Assembly (NCBI GenBank): GCA_951406725.2
Contig: OX597821.1
Location: forward strand, 80,104,001-80,168,000
DNA from: Octopus vulgaris
Lineage: Eukaryota
Length of the DNA stretch: 64,000 nt
Reading direction: 5' to 3'
The notes beneath the pieces were generated by a model that was given only the letters and a program-made list of their open reading frames with translations, made no database searches and was not told where the DNA came from. The first letter of the stretch is position 1. Each line of letters opens with the position of its first letter. Made by a program: the position numbers and the translations under genes. Of this stretch, positions 14,041-26,899 are shown piece after piece.

Positions 14041-14310
14041 TTGGGTTGTCAGGTAAATTCGTTTGTTTTCTTTCCCTATTTATTTGAACTCTTTCAAATC
14101 TTATTTGAATTAACACAAAAATGATTTTATCGAAGTCTTTTCTTTTGTGGTTCTATTCTTCCTCTACAACTTTTGTTTATCGTTTTTGAATTTTGGAAAA
14201 TTGTAACCTCTCCGCAGACACGTGTTGATGGAGTGCCAAATAGGGGAGAAATACAAAAAAAAAAAAAAAAAACATGAAAACAAAAACGAACGAATTTTTT
14301 GACAACATAA
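14041..14310. mobile_element. Tc1/mariner-type MITE
   Basis: TA|TTGGGTTGTCAGGTAAATTCGTTTGTTTT ... AAAACGAACGAATTTTTTGACAACATAA|TA: imperfect terminal inverted repeats of about 29 bp and a TA TSD. Confidence 0.6.
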
Positions 14311-14579
14311 TAGATATTATGCCAGTTTTAAAAGGACAATTTTGTAATAATCCTTTGACTATTATAAGACTACTGTAATATTCCCTTCACAGAATTATTT
14401 CAAGATTGTTGTAATAATATTGTATGTAAGAAAATCACTGCCAAAATATCTGGCTTGGTAGCGCTGCTCGAAGAGAACATGTGGCACTAAACTTTAATGG
14501 AATTGATGCGTTAAAATGACAGATGGCACAAAAGCCTTATGGCAACTCTGTGCTTACAAAGCAACTTGCAAAGGACTCT

Positions 14580-14830
14580 TCATGCTGAAGAGATAGCAGA
14601 AATAAAATTGTTACGGTATACACTTATATACTAGACGGTTTCAGTGGCCTTTTGATAACAAGGCAGCTGATATAAAACTGGTTATAATTGAACTATGCTA
14701 AGAGGACATGTGATGCGAGATATGATAAAAAAAAGTGTACTCAGACGACGGCTAACATCAAGCAAAAAAGCAAAAAAAAGCACCAATAACAAATGAGGAT
14801 AACGAGGAATCGGACAACTAAAGGATTTTC
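14580..14830 (+). mobile_element. Highly decayed RTE-like LINE 3' fragment
   Basis: Fragments AEIKLLRYTL and GHVMRDMIKKSVLRRRL resemble the RTE C-terminal motifs AEMRMLR and WxGHVMR. Confidence 0.35.
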
Positions 14831-16035
14831 GGACTGTATTACAAAGAGTTTCAAATATCATTGTAAGGAATGAAGCCTTTTTCGTAGAAATCAAGTATAT
14901 CTATTTGATAAACGAAAATCAAATGAAATAGATAAATATTACTGAAATGTTTACCTATTCATTTGAGATTAGCATCCATTCGTAAAATTCCTTCTAACAT
15001 TGTTGAGTATGTCGTCTGTCCGGGTTTACGTACCGTCTGCTTTCGTTGGTTTTTCTTTGCGTGCTATGATTATCTGTTTCACTATTTATAATTCGATATC
15101 CAAAACCTGTATACATATATTCATACACTCATACATACATATATAAACTTATATGTATACTTACAAAGACATACGTACATACATACATACATACATAATA
15201 CAAAGATGTATACATATATTTACATATGTATACATATATACGCATATACATATTTACATATATACATATATACACACACAATATACATTAAAGCATATAT
15301 ATATTCATGCATACATGATCATACACAGACATATATATTTACATACATACATAATCATAAACACATTTATATACATATTCATATATATATACATATTCAT
15401 ATATATATATATACACACACACATACATGCACATATTCATACATATATATACACACAAATATACACACACATATATACACACGCACACACACACACACAT
15501 ATATACACACACATACACATACACACTCACACACATATTTATATATACATAGATATACATAGACATATATACATAAAACACATACAAGCCTACACATAAT
15601 ACGCACATATACGTGCACACACATTCATATGGCGCGACATACACCCCATGTTGCGCGGCTTATAAAAAAAAAGAGGACCTCAATTTATCGATTTACCAAA
15701 TCTTTTGAGATTATAAATAGTTCAGTAACACCACCTTTTTTCCCCACCATCCACAGCGAGCGACTGACGACACTGAAGTAGCGTGGTGTGGATGTGAGCT
15801 TCGATAAAGATAGACACTACCCTAAATATTTAAACCGTCTGAAAGATTTGGACGTAACCTGTAGACAGATGGAGGAGGAGGAGAGAAACTTATCAGTGCT
15901 TATCATTCTGGACGGTCTGGCACCAAAACATTACGCCAACCCCCACGCTCGTCTATGTCTGCCTGTATGTCAATATTAGGAGAATAGCGGTTAAATGGAT
16001 GAGGTAAGATTCTCCCCTCCACCTCTCTCTCTTTC

Positions 16036-16105
<70 letters not shown>

Positions 16106-16808
16106 CCTTTCTGTATTTTTCTCCTTCATCATTCCGCTTCTTAGCCTCTTACTGTCTTATTTTTTTTTTTTGACATAGAGCAAGATTTGATTCACATGTT
16201 GTTATTCGTGTTGTTGTTGGGGTTGCTTAGCCCCTGGATAAACTTGATCTCGTAGCCTTAAGCTCAAAAGTGTTTCAGCGGTAACGAACCTATCTTTGGG
16301 CAGGTATCAAGCATTGCATTAATAAACACGGTGGTTCTTAACAGTTATTACTCTTGGGTAACCCTTCAAATACATCCCATATATCAAAGAACCTCAACAT
16401 GAAAATTATCATAAGTTTTTATTAACGCATAAAGCGCGACGGGCTACGATCGTGCCCGTCAGGCACAGGTCGGCAAGCCACGATCGTGGCCCAGATAGAT
16501 GCATTTAATTTATGGGCGTTTGTTGGGGTCTAATGTTACTCAAACGCTCCGATACCCCGCAGAATGCAAGAGAACGAATAGTTCAACTAATGACTTTTCA
16601 GAATATGCAAAACTTGCCCCTATTATATACTAAGAAGATATTTTAACTATTTTTTGTTTTTTTATGTGTGCATAGCAGTCCCATTTTCAAAAAATGTGGC
16701 CAGCAGTCCATGCTATGTAAGTGCAAATCCCTGCGCTTCATGGGTTGATACTTTCCCTTCTCTTTCATAAAGTTATATTTCGTAAGGGGATTAAAGAAAT
16801 CCGAAATA

Positions 16809-17078
16809 GGATCTTTACCTTTGGACCTACAGATTTAAAAAATAATTTTTTGTAACTAAACACTTTCAAACTTCGGACATTGGTAGAATGTGTCACATAA
16901 AACATCTTTTACTCTTAGCATTTTTGAGAAAAACTTATATTTACGAAGCTATCGACGGTGTATATTTTGTTTGTCACTGTTATTTATGACAACCCTTACC
17001 CTAAAACCCTAGCCCTAACCCTAAAACCTTAACCCTAAAACCCTAACCCTAATACTAAATCCCTAACCCTAACACCCT
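16809..17078 (+). mobile_element. Truncated Merlin-like MITE arm ending in degenerate (CCCTAA)n telomere-type repeats
   Basis: Same GGATCTTTACC... terminus as 3819 and 23022. It continues into acccttaccctaaaaccctagccctaaccctaaaaccttaaccctaaaaccctaaccctaa. Confidence 0.75.
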
Positions 17079-17092
17079 ATTTGTGTGTATGT

Positions 17093-17137
<45 letters not shown>

Positions 17138-18042
17138 GCGCTGGATTTTGAACATCCCAGTGGCTTGGCGGCTCGGCTGAAAACCGATAGAACAAGTACC
17201 AAAGCTGAAAAGTTAGTAATGGAGTCGATTTATTCGCCTAAACCCTTGAAAGTAGGGTCTCGGCATAGCTGCAGTCCAATGACTGAAGCAAGTAAATGAT
17301 AAAGCAACACTTGCACCACGAAAGCGGAAGCCGTCATGTGGTTGCTCAACCAGGAATGACCTCAACCCAATGCTACTTAACTTGTTCTTTAATTTCAACT
17401 CGGAAGTGATGAAAAGCAAAGTTCAAAGTTGACCAAGGCGTTATCTGAACTTAGGAAATGAAGAGTTTGGGGGAAAAATAAAAAGCTGCGTGGAAATGTT
17501 TTACGACGCTCTATCGATTCTGCTAGTTCGCCAGCGTTTCTGCCAATTGTAATAATAATGGAGACATCAACTTTTAATGCTGACATTGTCATAATACGAG
17601 CATTGTCATAAAATACCAAATTTGCCAGATTTGTACATTGATTGATGCGTCGTGTCCGACCGATAAAAACGTATAAAGAAACATCTCAGTTGAAGGAGTT
17701 TGGAAAATTTTCTCTTAAGCAAATACAATGACTAGAAAATTTGTAATAACGAAAATGTGGGACAAGAGACATAATAACTGTCCCAGTAGACTCATAAGAG
17801 ATTGCAATGCAATTAAACACGACAGCAAAAATATATCCCTCAAGAACTTTCAGAGAAGCGAAAAATCTTCTCTTCACTTCATGTCTGATTGAAGTTCTGG
17901 AATATAAATATTCGTAAAGCATACATAATGTTGTCAGGAAATTGCAATCAATAAGTCAATCAGCAAAAAGTAAGAAGAGTGCTTGTAGCTAATAAATCTG
18001 GTGAATGCAAGGAGTTATTTAACAAGCTCGTTAGTGAAGCAG

Positions 18043-18101
<59 letters not shown>

Positions 18102-18461
18102 TAGACAGAGCAACAGAGAAAGAGATAAGAAAAGGATAAAAAAGGACAGTGAATTCGTGTTAATGAGAGCGTATTATCAACGGCAGTGAATAAGTAGAAT
18201 TTGTTTCTTTTTTCGCGTTGATTTTTTTTACACTGTATCAGTGGAATTGTTAGGGCGCCAGGAATAAAAACCCTTGCAGTATTTAGTTACGGCATTTTAC
18301 ACTGTGAGTTCAAATCAGTTTTCATCCTTCCGGACTCAATATAATAAAGTAGCAGCCAAGCATCGAGGACGGTTGGTATCGACTAATCTCCAGCCCGCGA
18401 AATCCGTGGCTTTGTGCCAAAAATGAGAAACATTTATTTTTATTATTACTATTATTCTTTT

Positions 18462-18676
18462 ATTTTTTACTTGGTTCAGTCAATTGACTGTGGCCAAGCT
18501 GGAGCACCGCCTTTAATCGAGCAAATCACCTCCAGGATTTATTCTTTGTAAGTCTAGTACTTATTCTATCGGTTACTTTTGCCGAACTGCTAAGTTGCTG
18601 GGATGTAAACGCACCGGCATCGGTTGTCAAGCGATGTTGGGGGAACAAACACAGACACAGACACACACACATATAT

Positions 18677-18764
<88 letters not shown>

Positions 18765-18928
18765 ATGTATATATATATATATATGCGACGAGATTCTTTC
18801 AGTTTTCGTCAACCAAATCCACTCACAAGGCTTTGGTCGGCCCGAGGCTATAGTAAAAGACACTTGCCCAAGATGCCACGCAGAGGGACTGATAAGCAGG
18901 CTACTTACCACACAGCCACTCCTGCGCC
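18462..18928 (-). mobile_element. SINE family B
   Basis: Reverse complement of the family B consensus, with an internal (TA)/(TG) microsatellite. Confidence 0.85.
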
Positions 18929-18972
18929 TGTTGTTGTTATTGTTATTATTATTATTATTGTTGTTGTTGTTA

Positions 18973-19370
18973 AGGCGGTGAGCTGGCAGAAACGTTAGCA
19001 CACTGGGCGAAATGCGTAGGCGTATTTCGTCTGCCGTTACGTTCTAAGTTCAAATTCCGCCGAGGTCGACTTTGCCTTTCATCCTTTCGGGGTCGATTAA
19101 ATAAGTACCAGTTACGCACTGGGGTCGACGTAATCGACTTAATCCGTTTGTCTGTCCTTGTTTGTCCCCTCTGTGTGCAGCCCCTTGTGGGTAGTAAAGA
19201 AATAGGTATTTAGTCTGTCTTTACGTTCTGAGGTCTAATTCCGCAGGTGGACTTTATGCTTCATCCTTTCGGGATCGTTAGATTAATTACCAGTTACGCA
19301 CTGGGGTCGATCTAATCGACTAGTCCCTTCCCCCCAAATTTCGGGCCTTGTGCCTAAAGTAGGAAAGATT
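18973..19370 (+). mobile_element. SINE family A, long form with a duplicated central domain
   Basis: The ...cctttcatcctttcggggtcga...taccagttacgcactggggtcga block occurs twice. The same long form is at 33068-33464 on the minus strand. Confidence 0.85.
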
Positions 19371-20304
19371 ATTATTGTTGTTAAGGCGGCGAGCTGATAG
19401 AATCGTTAGCACGCCGGACGGTATGTTTAGCGGTATTTCGTCTGTTTTTATGTTCTGAGTTCAAATTCCGACCTATGTTTGCTAACCTCACACACGCCTT
19501 AGAGGGCAGTCCCCCTCTCTCCACTATTGTCTTTTTCAATGAAGAAAGACGAAGTAAAACCAAAAGACACTTTGTCCGCTTCTCTACCGCTATATATATT
19601 GTGAATAAAGAGGGAAAATAGAGTTAGTGCGAAGCACGTTGCTGTATATTACTGGTATCATGTTATCAACTGCATATGGAAGGATATTTTGCAATGGGTA
19701 ATCTATTTTAAAATTTCTGTTATATGACTAAAATAAAACATTTCTGCCTTCAAAGAAGTTATCAGAGATATATAACAAAGACTCGAATAACTTAGTGTGA
19801 GCGCGTTTGTTTCTTTCCGGAAATGATAAATCTATATGTATATGTTTCGGCATTCACAAAATATCTCGCTAATTATCAAATCATTTGTCAAACAAAAACT
19901 GGTAAACCGTGTTTTATTTTCCTTCATTTGCTGTTTCCCTATTTACCCCAAGATTCAGGAATAAAATAATACCATTGCGGCTTCCATGTTTGGCATTACA
20001 TTTCCTTTATACTGCAGCAAATAACAGTTTGCTATCTTTCCAACAGGCTCTTGAAGCTTACTCTAGAATACATCTTATTTATTGTCTATTGTTCCATTTG
20101 CAGGATTGTTAACGTTATTTCTTTTAAGAACTGAAGTACGAAAATGTATTAAGCGTGAAAGAAGGAAGTTCTTGAATTGCATTTCGGAAAAGGATGATGC
20201 TCAAGTGGACAGAGAAAGGAGTGGTAAGAATACAAGATTTGTTTATCAATCAGTTCAAGAAATTATGGGCACAACAGAAACTATCAAAGTGTCGGCTGTT
20301 CTCT

Positions 20305-20495
20305 GACAAGCTTAGAGTCGAACCTGTGGCAGTGGAGACCCCGCCAGCATTGTCGACTTCAAGACTACATCCTCAAGACCACGTCAATGCTCATCGTTAT
20401 CAGGATGCGAGTCCCGTGAGTCACAGTGGCTGTTCCAGCGTATCTCCTTCGCCATCCTTCGAGGCTACACCTTTTCCATTTTGTCCGCTGGGACA
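20305..20495 (+). mobile_element. C-terminal restriction-like endonuclease fragment of a CRE-like non-LTR retrotransposon
   Basis: RVEPVAVETP, then after a frameshift ESQWLFQRISFAILRGYTFSILSAG. These match the FxPxAVETxG and LFQRISIAIQRGNAxSIL motifs of RLE-bearing LINEs. Confidence 0.65.
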
Positions 20496-20639
20496 ATGAG
20501 GTGGACTGACAAAACTTTTTAGATATTTCTTTTCTGCAAGGAAAAGGAAAGTTATGATGATTTAGGCAGGGCTCTTCATTAAGCTTCAATATTATTTGCC
20601 ATAAATCTTTTGTCAGAAATATTTGTATAGATAAATGAA

Positions 20640-20871
20640 AGGCGTCGAGCTGGCAGAAACGTTAGCACGCCGGGCGAAATGCGTAGCCGTATTTCGTCTG
20701 CCGTTATGTTCTGAGTTCAAATCCCGCGGAAGTCGACTTTGCCTTTCGTCTTTACGGGGTCGATAAATTAAGTACCAGTTACGCACTGGGGTCGATGTAA
20801 TCGACTTAATCCGTTTGTCTGTCCTTGTTTGTCCCCTCTGTGTTTAGCCCCTTGTGGGTAGAAAAGAAATA
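20640..20871 (+). mobile_element. SINE family A
   Basis: Near-identical to the copy at 5391-5620. Confidence 0.85.
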
Positions 20872-21029
20872 AATATTTGAATAGATAAATGAATAAATAT
20901 ATAAATTTTTAAACAAAAATAATATGCAGAACAAACTGTCATAGTTTCATTACATCTGATGTTAAATTCTTACGTTTTGAATAAAAAGTCTTATGTAGTA
21001 TATTAGGAATCGAGTGACAAGAGATTGCG

Positions 21030-21300
21030 ACCAACGCGAGATGGGGAATGGCTGAAAGAACTCCAATTCATAAGACTGTCGTGACAGAAATGGGTAGGAA
21101 ACATCTACAGACATGATGGAATCGCATCTGTTATTCGAGATGTACCCTGTTGATCAACAGATTGCAGAAGGAGAGAGAGAAATACTGGTAAGGACAAAGC
21201 GTCGAGAAGCGATGAAAGAATATCATGGTGACTCGACGGCAATGAGACAAAGTCGGTGTGTTTGGCGAAAATTCGTCTAAGCCGTATCTATTCCATAAAT
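21030..21300 (+). mobile_element. Decayed RTE-like LINE 3' end
   Basis: Fragments QKWVGNIYRHD and QSRCVWRKFV*AVS resemble the RTE terminal motifs WxGHIxR and AxDRxxWRxxV. Confidence 0.45.
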
Positions 21301-22143
21301 GCGAAACATTTAGGACATATATTAACATATATAAATTGATACATTAACATTTATTCTTTTATTAATAAAGATATATAGAATGTAATATTACACACGGACA
21401 CGCACGCATTAATATATCCAGTTAAGATAGATGCAGATATGTTTACGTACAAATGGATATGTCAGAGAGCAAGTAATGAAACTAGGAATTCTCGTACACA
21501 ACAGGATTAGGAAGAACGTTGTGTTGGATGCGAACTGCTGATCGTTCATTGCATTCAAGTTGAATATATCCAAAGAAATATAATTAATAAAGAGTCAGTT
21601 ACGTAATTAATATGACGAGTGATTATGTAGATTAAGAATAAAACGCTAAGTCGAACTTGATCACAGGAATTAATTTTTTTCCAAAATTAAGCCTAGATTC
21701 GTTCGACGGTTTTCGTATATATATTAATGTAGAATTATATTAGGGTGAACAGGATACACAATAAGTTCGTAACTGTACACGCACATATATATATATACAT
21801 AAATATGTGTGTGTGTGTGAATATGAATGTTTGCAGTTTGCATAGGTAAGCATGTATGTAGAAAAACATGTTGATAACAACAATAACGATGATGATGATT
21901 ATTTTCTAATAATCTTATTTGGTTCAAGCCTGTGATTCCAACAGCTAAATCAAGCTTAAGGCGTTTGGTAATTAAAAGATACAGTTAATTATAAAAGGTT
22001 TTCCTTTTCTTTTGCTCAATCCTTTCTTGGAAATATCATCTCTAAAAGCTATATTGTTTACAGGATATAGACAAATGAATGTGAAGAAAGGTTGGGGAAC
22101 ATGATCATAGTTATTATTATTATTATTGGTGGTGGTGGTGGTG

Positions 22144-22190
<47 letters not shown>

Positions 22191-23021
22191 GGTGGTGGTG
22201 GTGGTGGTAGAAGGTGAGCTGACAGAATCGTTAGGACTAAATGCCTAACGCATTTCGCCTGTCTTTATGTTCTGAGTTCAAATTCCACCGAGGTTGAATA
22301 GGCCTTTCATCCTGTTGGGATCGATAAATTAAGCACCATTTGAATACTGGAGATGATGTAATCGATTTCCCCTCCCGCAAAATTTCAGGCCTTGTGCCTT
22401 TTGTAGAAAGGATTATTATAATTTTTGGTAATAGTAGTAGTAGTAGTAGTAGTAGTGGAAGGCGAGCTGCCAGAATCGTTCGGATAAAATGCTTAGCGAT
22501 ATTTCGTCTGTCTTTACGTTCCGAGTTCAAATTCCGTCGCAAGTGATTTTGCCTTTTCTCTTTTCGGGGTTGATAAAGAAATACCATTTGAGCATTGGCG
22601 TCGGTCTAATCGACAAACTCCTTCCCCTTAAAATATTTCAGGCTTTGTGTCTAGAGAAGAAAGGATTATTATTAGTAGTAGAAGTAAAAACAGCAGCGCT
22701 GGCAGAATCACCAGCCTGTCGGACAAAGTGATCAGTTTTACGTTGAGTTCAAATTCCGCCGAGGTAGACTTTGCCTTTCATCCTTTCGGGGTCGTGGGGG
22801 GTCGTGAGGGGGGGGGGGGGGTCGATGTAATCGACTTGTCTCCACATCTCAAAATTGTTGGACTTTTGCCAAAATTTGTAACCGTGTTGATTCTTTGAAT
22901 TCTTATGAACTACAATTACGTCAATTATTTCCCTCTATGTTTGGTGTATTTTTTATTTTATATTCTATGTATTGTTTTCTCGCATGAGCTCTTTAAGAAC
23001 TTAACATTTACAACAGACTTC

Positions 23022-23648
23022 GGATCTTTACCCTTTGACCGACAGATTTAAAAAATAAAGATTTGTAACTAAACACTTTCAAACTTCGGACACTGGTAGA
23101 ATGTGTCATATAAAACATCTTTTACTCTTAGCAGTTTTGAGAAAAACTTAGGTTTACGAAGTTATTTCACGTTAAAGTTGTCCTATTTCGGTAATTTCAA
23201 CCAATCAATGACGTGTATTCAGCTGAATAAAATTACTGCCGTTGTTTGTCAACAACAACTATCGGTGGTGTTTTTCGTTTGTCACTGTTATTTATGACAT
23301 CGTTCATGCGTTTGTACTGGTTTTAGCTTTAAGATTTTAGGGTTAGGATTAGGGTTTTAGGGTTAGGGTTGTCATAAATAACAGTGACAAACGAAAAATA
23401 CACCGCCAAAAGTTCTTGTTGACAAATAACAACAGTAATTATATTCAGCTGAATACACGTCATTGATTGGTTGAAATTACCGAAATAGGACAATTTTAAC
23501 GTGAAATAACTTCCTAAATGTAAGTTTTTCTCAAAAATGCTAAGAGTAAAATATGTTTTATATGACACATTCTACCAGTGTCCGAAGTTTGAAAGTGTTT
23601 AGTTACAAAACTTATTTTTTAAATCTGTCGGTCAAAAGGTAAAGATCC
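23022..23648. mobile_element. Full-length Merlin-like foldback MITE (about 627 bp) with internal TTAGGG-like repeats
   Basis: Inverted arms of about 275 bp start GGATCTTTACC and end GGTAAAGATCC. Flanks CAGACTTC and CAGAATTC give an 8-bp TSD with one mismatch. The centre contains ttagggttaggattagggttttagggttaggg. Confidence 0.8.
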
Positions 23649-24871
23649 CAGAATTCTTGATAACCGTTTAAAAAAACTGCAACATTTTTTTCTTGTCGGA
23701 ATATTTAGAAACCTCTACAAATAACAGGTGTAAAGTGTTGATCGAATTCATTGTTTCACATTCCTAAACCAAGATTAAACTTTAGTTTTCATTTTCCTCG
23801 AAGTTCGAAAAGTAGGGTATTCGTAATTAGCCCAGAGAGAATGGTTAGTTAGCGAAATCATTAGAACGTTGCGCAAAAATGCCTTGCGGGTTTTTGTTAC
23901 GGCTCCTTGCATTCTGATTTCAAATAACATTAAATCCAACTTTGCCTTTCACTCTGGGAAGCTCAGCATTTTTGTAGATCTAATTGACCATACTCCACCT
24001 TTAAATTCAATGTATTGTACAGGTATATAAGAAAGCAATAAGCATTACATTTCAGTATTGTTACTACTTACATCTCATATAGAGACTTTAGAACTTGCTA
24101 CTTTGCTTGTTGCAAGACCAGCGCCTGATTATCGCTTATTTGTTTTTATATAGCGAGTAGGAACGAATGACTGCCATCTCTAGCAGGTAAATGGCCTTAT
24201 AGGCTGCCCGGGTTCGTTTCCTTTCTTTGTTTTCGTTTAAAAGAAAGTTCTAGTTTTAGGTAAAAATGAATCATTATACAAAATATTTTAAAGTAAACTT
24301 TTAACATAACGCTCATTCGAACTCATTTAACATTTTTGTATTTGTTTGTCTTGTTATGTCCTTTTCTATGTACGACCCGTTTGATCATAATCAAGTTTTT
24401 ATTTCTAGCAGGTAAATTTCCAGTCCTGAGGAAGGGTAAGACCTTGAAAGCAGTTCTGGTCTACTCGTCTTGTTACACTAGAAGAGAGTGGTTCGCTCCC
24501 TTACTCACAATATATCAGACACAGGTTGAGTGTCGGTAACCTGCTGGAAAAGATATTTTCCTGGGGTTAAAATAGAGTAACAAAGTTTTGTATGGAACAA
24601 CCAGGCTGAAGTGGCGACAAGCATTACTTTCCCATAAAGGGCTTGTTTTTTCATCCTGGATCTGCCTTATTCGAAGAGACCTGTTTATTCATTAATTTTT
24701 TTTTGTAATAGTGTACCCCGAACTACAGTACACAATGTACCCCAAAATCAGCTTAATCGAACAGATATTTAAATGTTATGGGGAGGACGACACGTGACGT
24801 ACGTTGCTGTATCGAGTTGCAAATCTTTAGGTTCTGGTTCAAATCCCGGCAAAACAACTTTTGTCATTCCC

Positions 24872-25434
24872 CTACTCTTCTTTTACTTGTTTCAGTCATG
24901 TGACTGTGGCCATGCTGGAGCACCGCCTTTAGTCGAGCAAATCGACCCTAGGACTTATTCTTTGTATGCCTAGCACTTATTCTATCGGTATCTTTTGCCG
25001 AACTACTAAGTTACGGAGACGTAAACACACCAGCATCGGTTGTCAAGCGATGATGGGGGGACGAACACAGACACACAAACATATTCACACGCATATATAT
25101 ATTATAATTATGAGTATAATTATAATTAGGGTTCAGCAAAAATTTGCTTTACCACATACCGAACTTTAGAAATAGCAGCCAAAAAACTTTAGCTATTTCT
25201 TCTACTATAAGAAGAAACTCCGGAAAAACTCCCGGGAGTTTCTCCGTATAGTAGAAGGAATAGCGATTTCTAAAGTTCGGTATGTGGTAAAGCAAATTTT
25301 TGCTGAACCCTAATTATAATTATACTCATAATTATAAAATATTTTTTAAGTTTACCAATAAATGGTCCTTTTAACATATCGAATACTATTTGGTGGAATT
25401 ATTAATTACTAGTTAATTAATTAATGTTACCCTT

Positions 25435-25499
<65 letters not shown>

Positions 25500-25596
25500 T
25501 ACGACGGGCTTCTTTCAGTTTCCGTCTACAAAATCCACTCACAAGGCTTTGGTCGACCCGAGGCTGTAGGAGAAGACACTTGCCCAGGGTGCCACT
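24872..25596 (-). mobile_element. SINE family B split by an insertion into its internal (TA)n tract
   Basis: The 3' half is at 24872-25095 and the 5' portion at 25500-25596, with a palindromic insert between them. Confidence 0.7.
25102..25440. mobile_element. (TA)n-embedded element with a perfect 72-bp inverted repeat (possible Penelope-like terminal repeat)
   Basis: 25102-25173 is the exact reverse complement of 25266-25337, with a second inner imperfect stem. A diverged single-arm relative, also abutting (TA)n, lies at about 39940-40100. Confidence 0.55.
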
Positions 25597-26363
25597 TTTC
25601 CCTTAAAAATTGGTAATTGTTCTTAGAATGCCCTATTTAAAGGGCTTAGTGTAATGGTTATGGAGATGTTGATACTGTTATTATTGATAGGGATACCAGT
25701 TTTAAGGGATGTAGCTATTTGCTTATAGTTATTTAGTTCTTTCGTTTATTTAAGTCTGCAGAACTAAAGTCATGTTTGGAGCAAGGGCCTCAAGCTATTT
25801 TTTCTTGTTACGTTTCTAAACAGAAATTTTTTTAAAATTCCAAATCTTGTAAGAAAGTAACAGCTGTCAGACAGAGAACTAAGTTAAGAGGGGCGTCTCT
25901 TGAATATACGATAGAAAAAACAACCGAAGATTCTATCAAAACACATGTTAAGCTAATGGAGACGAAAGTGTGACATCGAAATACATGAGAGCTTGTAATA
26001 GAGAAATAGAGACAGATCGTACGAGACGGCTTCCATTTGCATGCATTTCTGTTATTAATTTAACGAAAACATATCTTACAAAGTATTCATTTAGAACTAG
26101 AAATTATGTCCGTTAGAGAGTTGATAGAAACCGATTCCAAAAACAATTCTGCCCATTTGTTAAAATGGATATCACTCAAAGACAATTTGGCTGAAAAGTA
26201 AAATTTTCGGTAAAATTGTACCTTGGGCGAAGTGGTTTCGACTACTTGCAGAAACCTTGTGCTTTTCTCTCTTGTTCAAATGATTAACTAATATGATCCG
26301 TCTTATTTGTATTCCTTAGAATAATGTTTAGTCGTTAGTAAGCTTGTAGAACTCAAAGTTTTT

Positions 26364-26504
26364 TCTCATTGCTCGTCACGTCAAAGTTTGAGGCCAAGCC
26401 TTTATTCATAAAATGTAAATATGAAATGCAAAAAAAATTGCATTTCATATTGAATTTTATGAATAAAGGCTTCGCCTCAAACTTTGACGAGACGAGCAAT
26501 GAGA
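26364..26504. repeat. Near-perfect 141-nt hairpin
   Basis: tctcattgctcgtcacgtcaaagtttgaggccaagcctttattcataaaat...atatgaaatgcaa pairs with ttgcatttcatattgaattttatgaataaaggcttcgcctcaaactttgacgagacgagcaatgaga around a short A loop. Confidence 0.9.
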
Positions 26505-26899
26505 CTGTGATGTTCATACCTTTTCTCAAAGATATATAAATATATATACATACATCGCGCGCACACCACTTTATAAATATAAATGTATATACATACATTC
26601 GCACGCATACATACGCGCACACACACATACATACATGTACACATAATCACGTTTATACCTTAGGCCCTCGAAAAAACACTGAGCAGGTGTTGATGACTAT
26701 GTATTCTGCATTTGCAGTCATCAGGTATTAAATCCAGTGTTTGACCACATTTCATAAAAGCTCCCTAACGCACACACTGATAAAGGTAACGTGTATAAAC
26801 TTCTATATATACGGCCAAACGCTTCTATTTCTCAATGTAGAGATCTGTTGCATCCAGGTGAGTCCCAGCCCCTCTCCCAACTCTATGAACCAACGGAGA

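Noticed and set aside
16215-16260. Pistol-ribozyme-like words (gttgcttagcccc...ttgatct) in repeat family D
   Set aside because: The upstream stem and pseudoknot partners are absent, so the similarity is probably coincidental.
16993-17078. A true telomere or chromosome-fusion scar
   Set aside because: The repeats are short, degenerate and part of a MITE that has the same array at 23335-23370.
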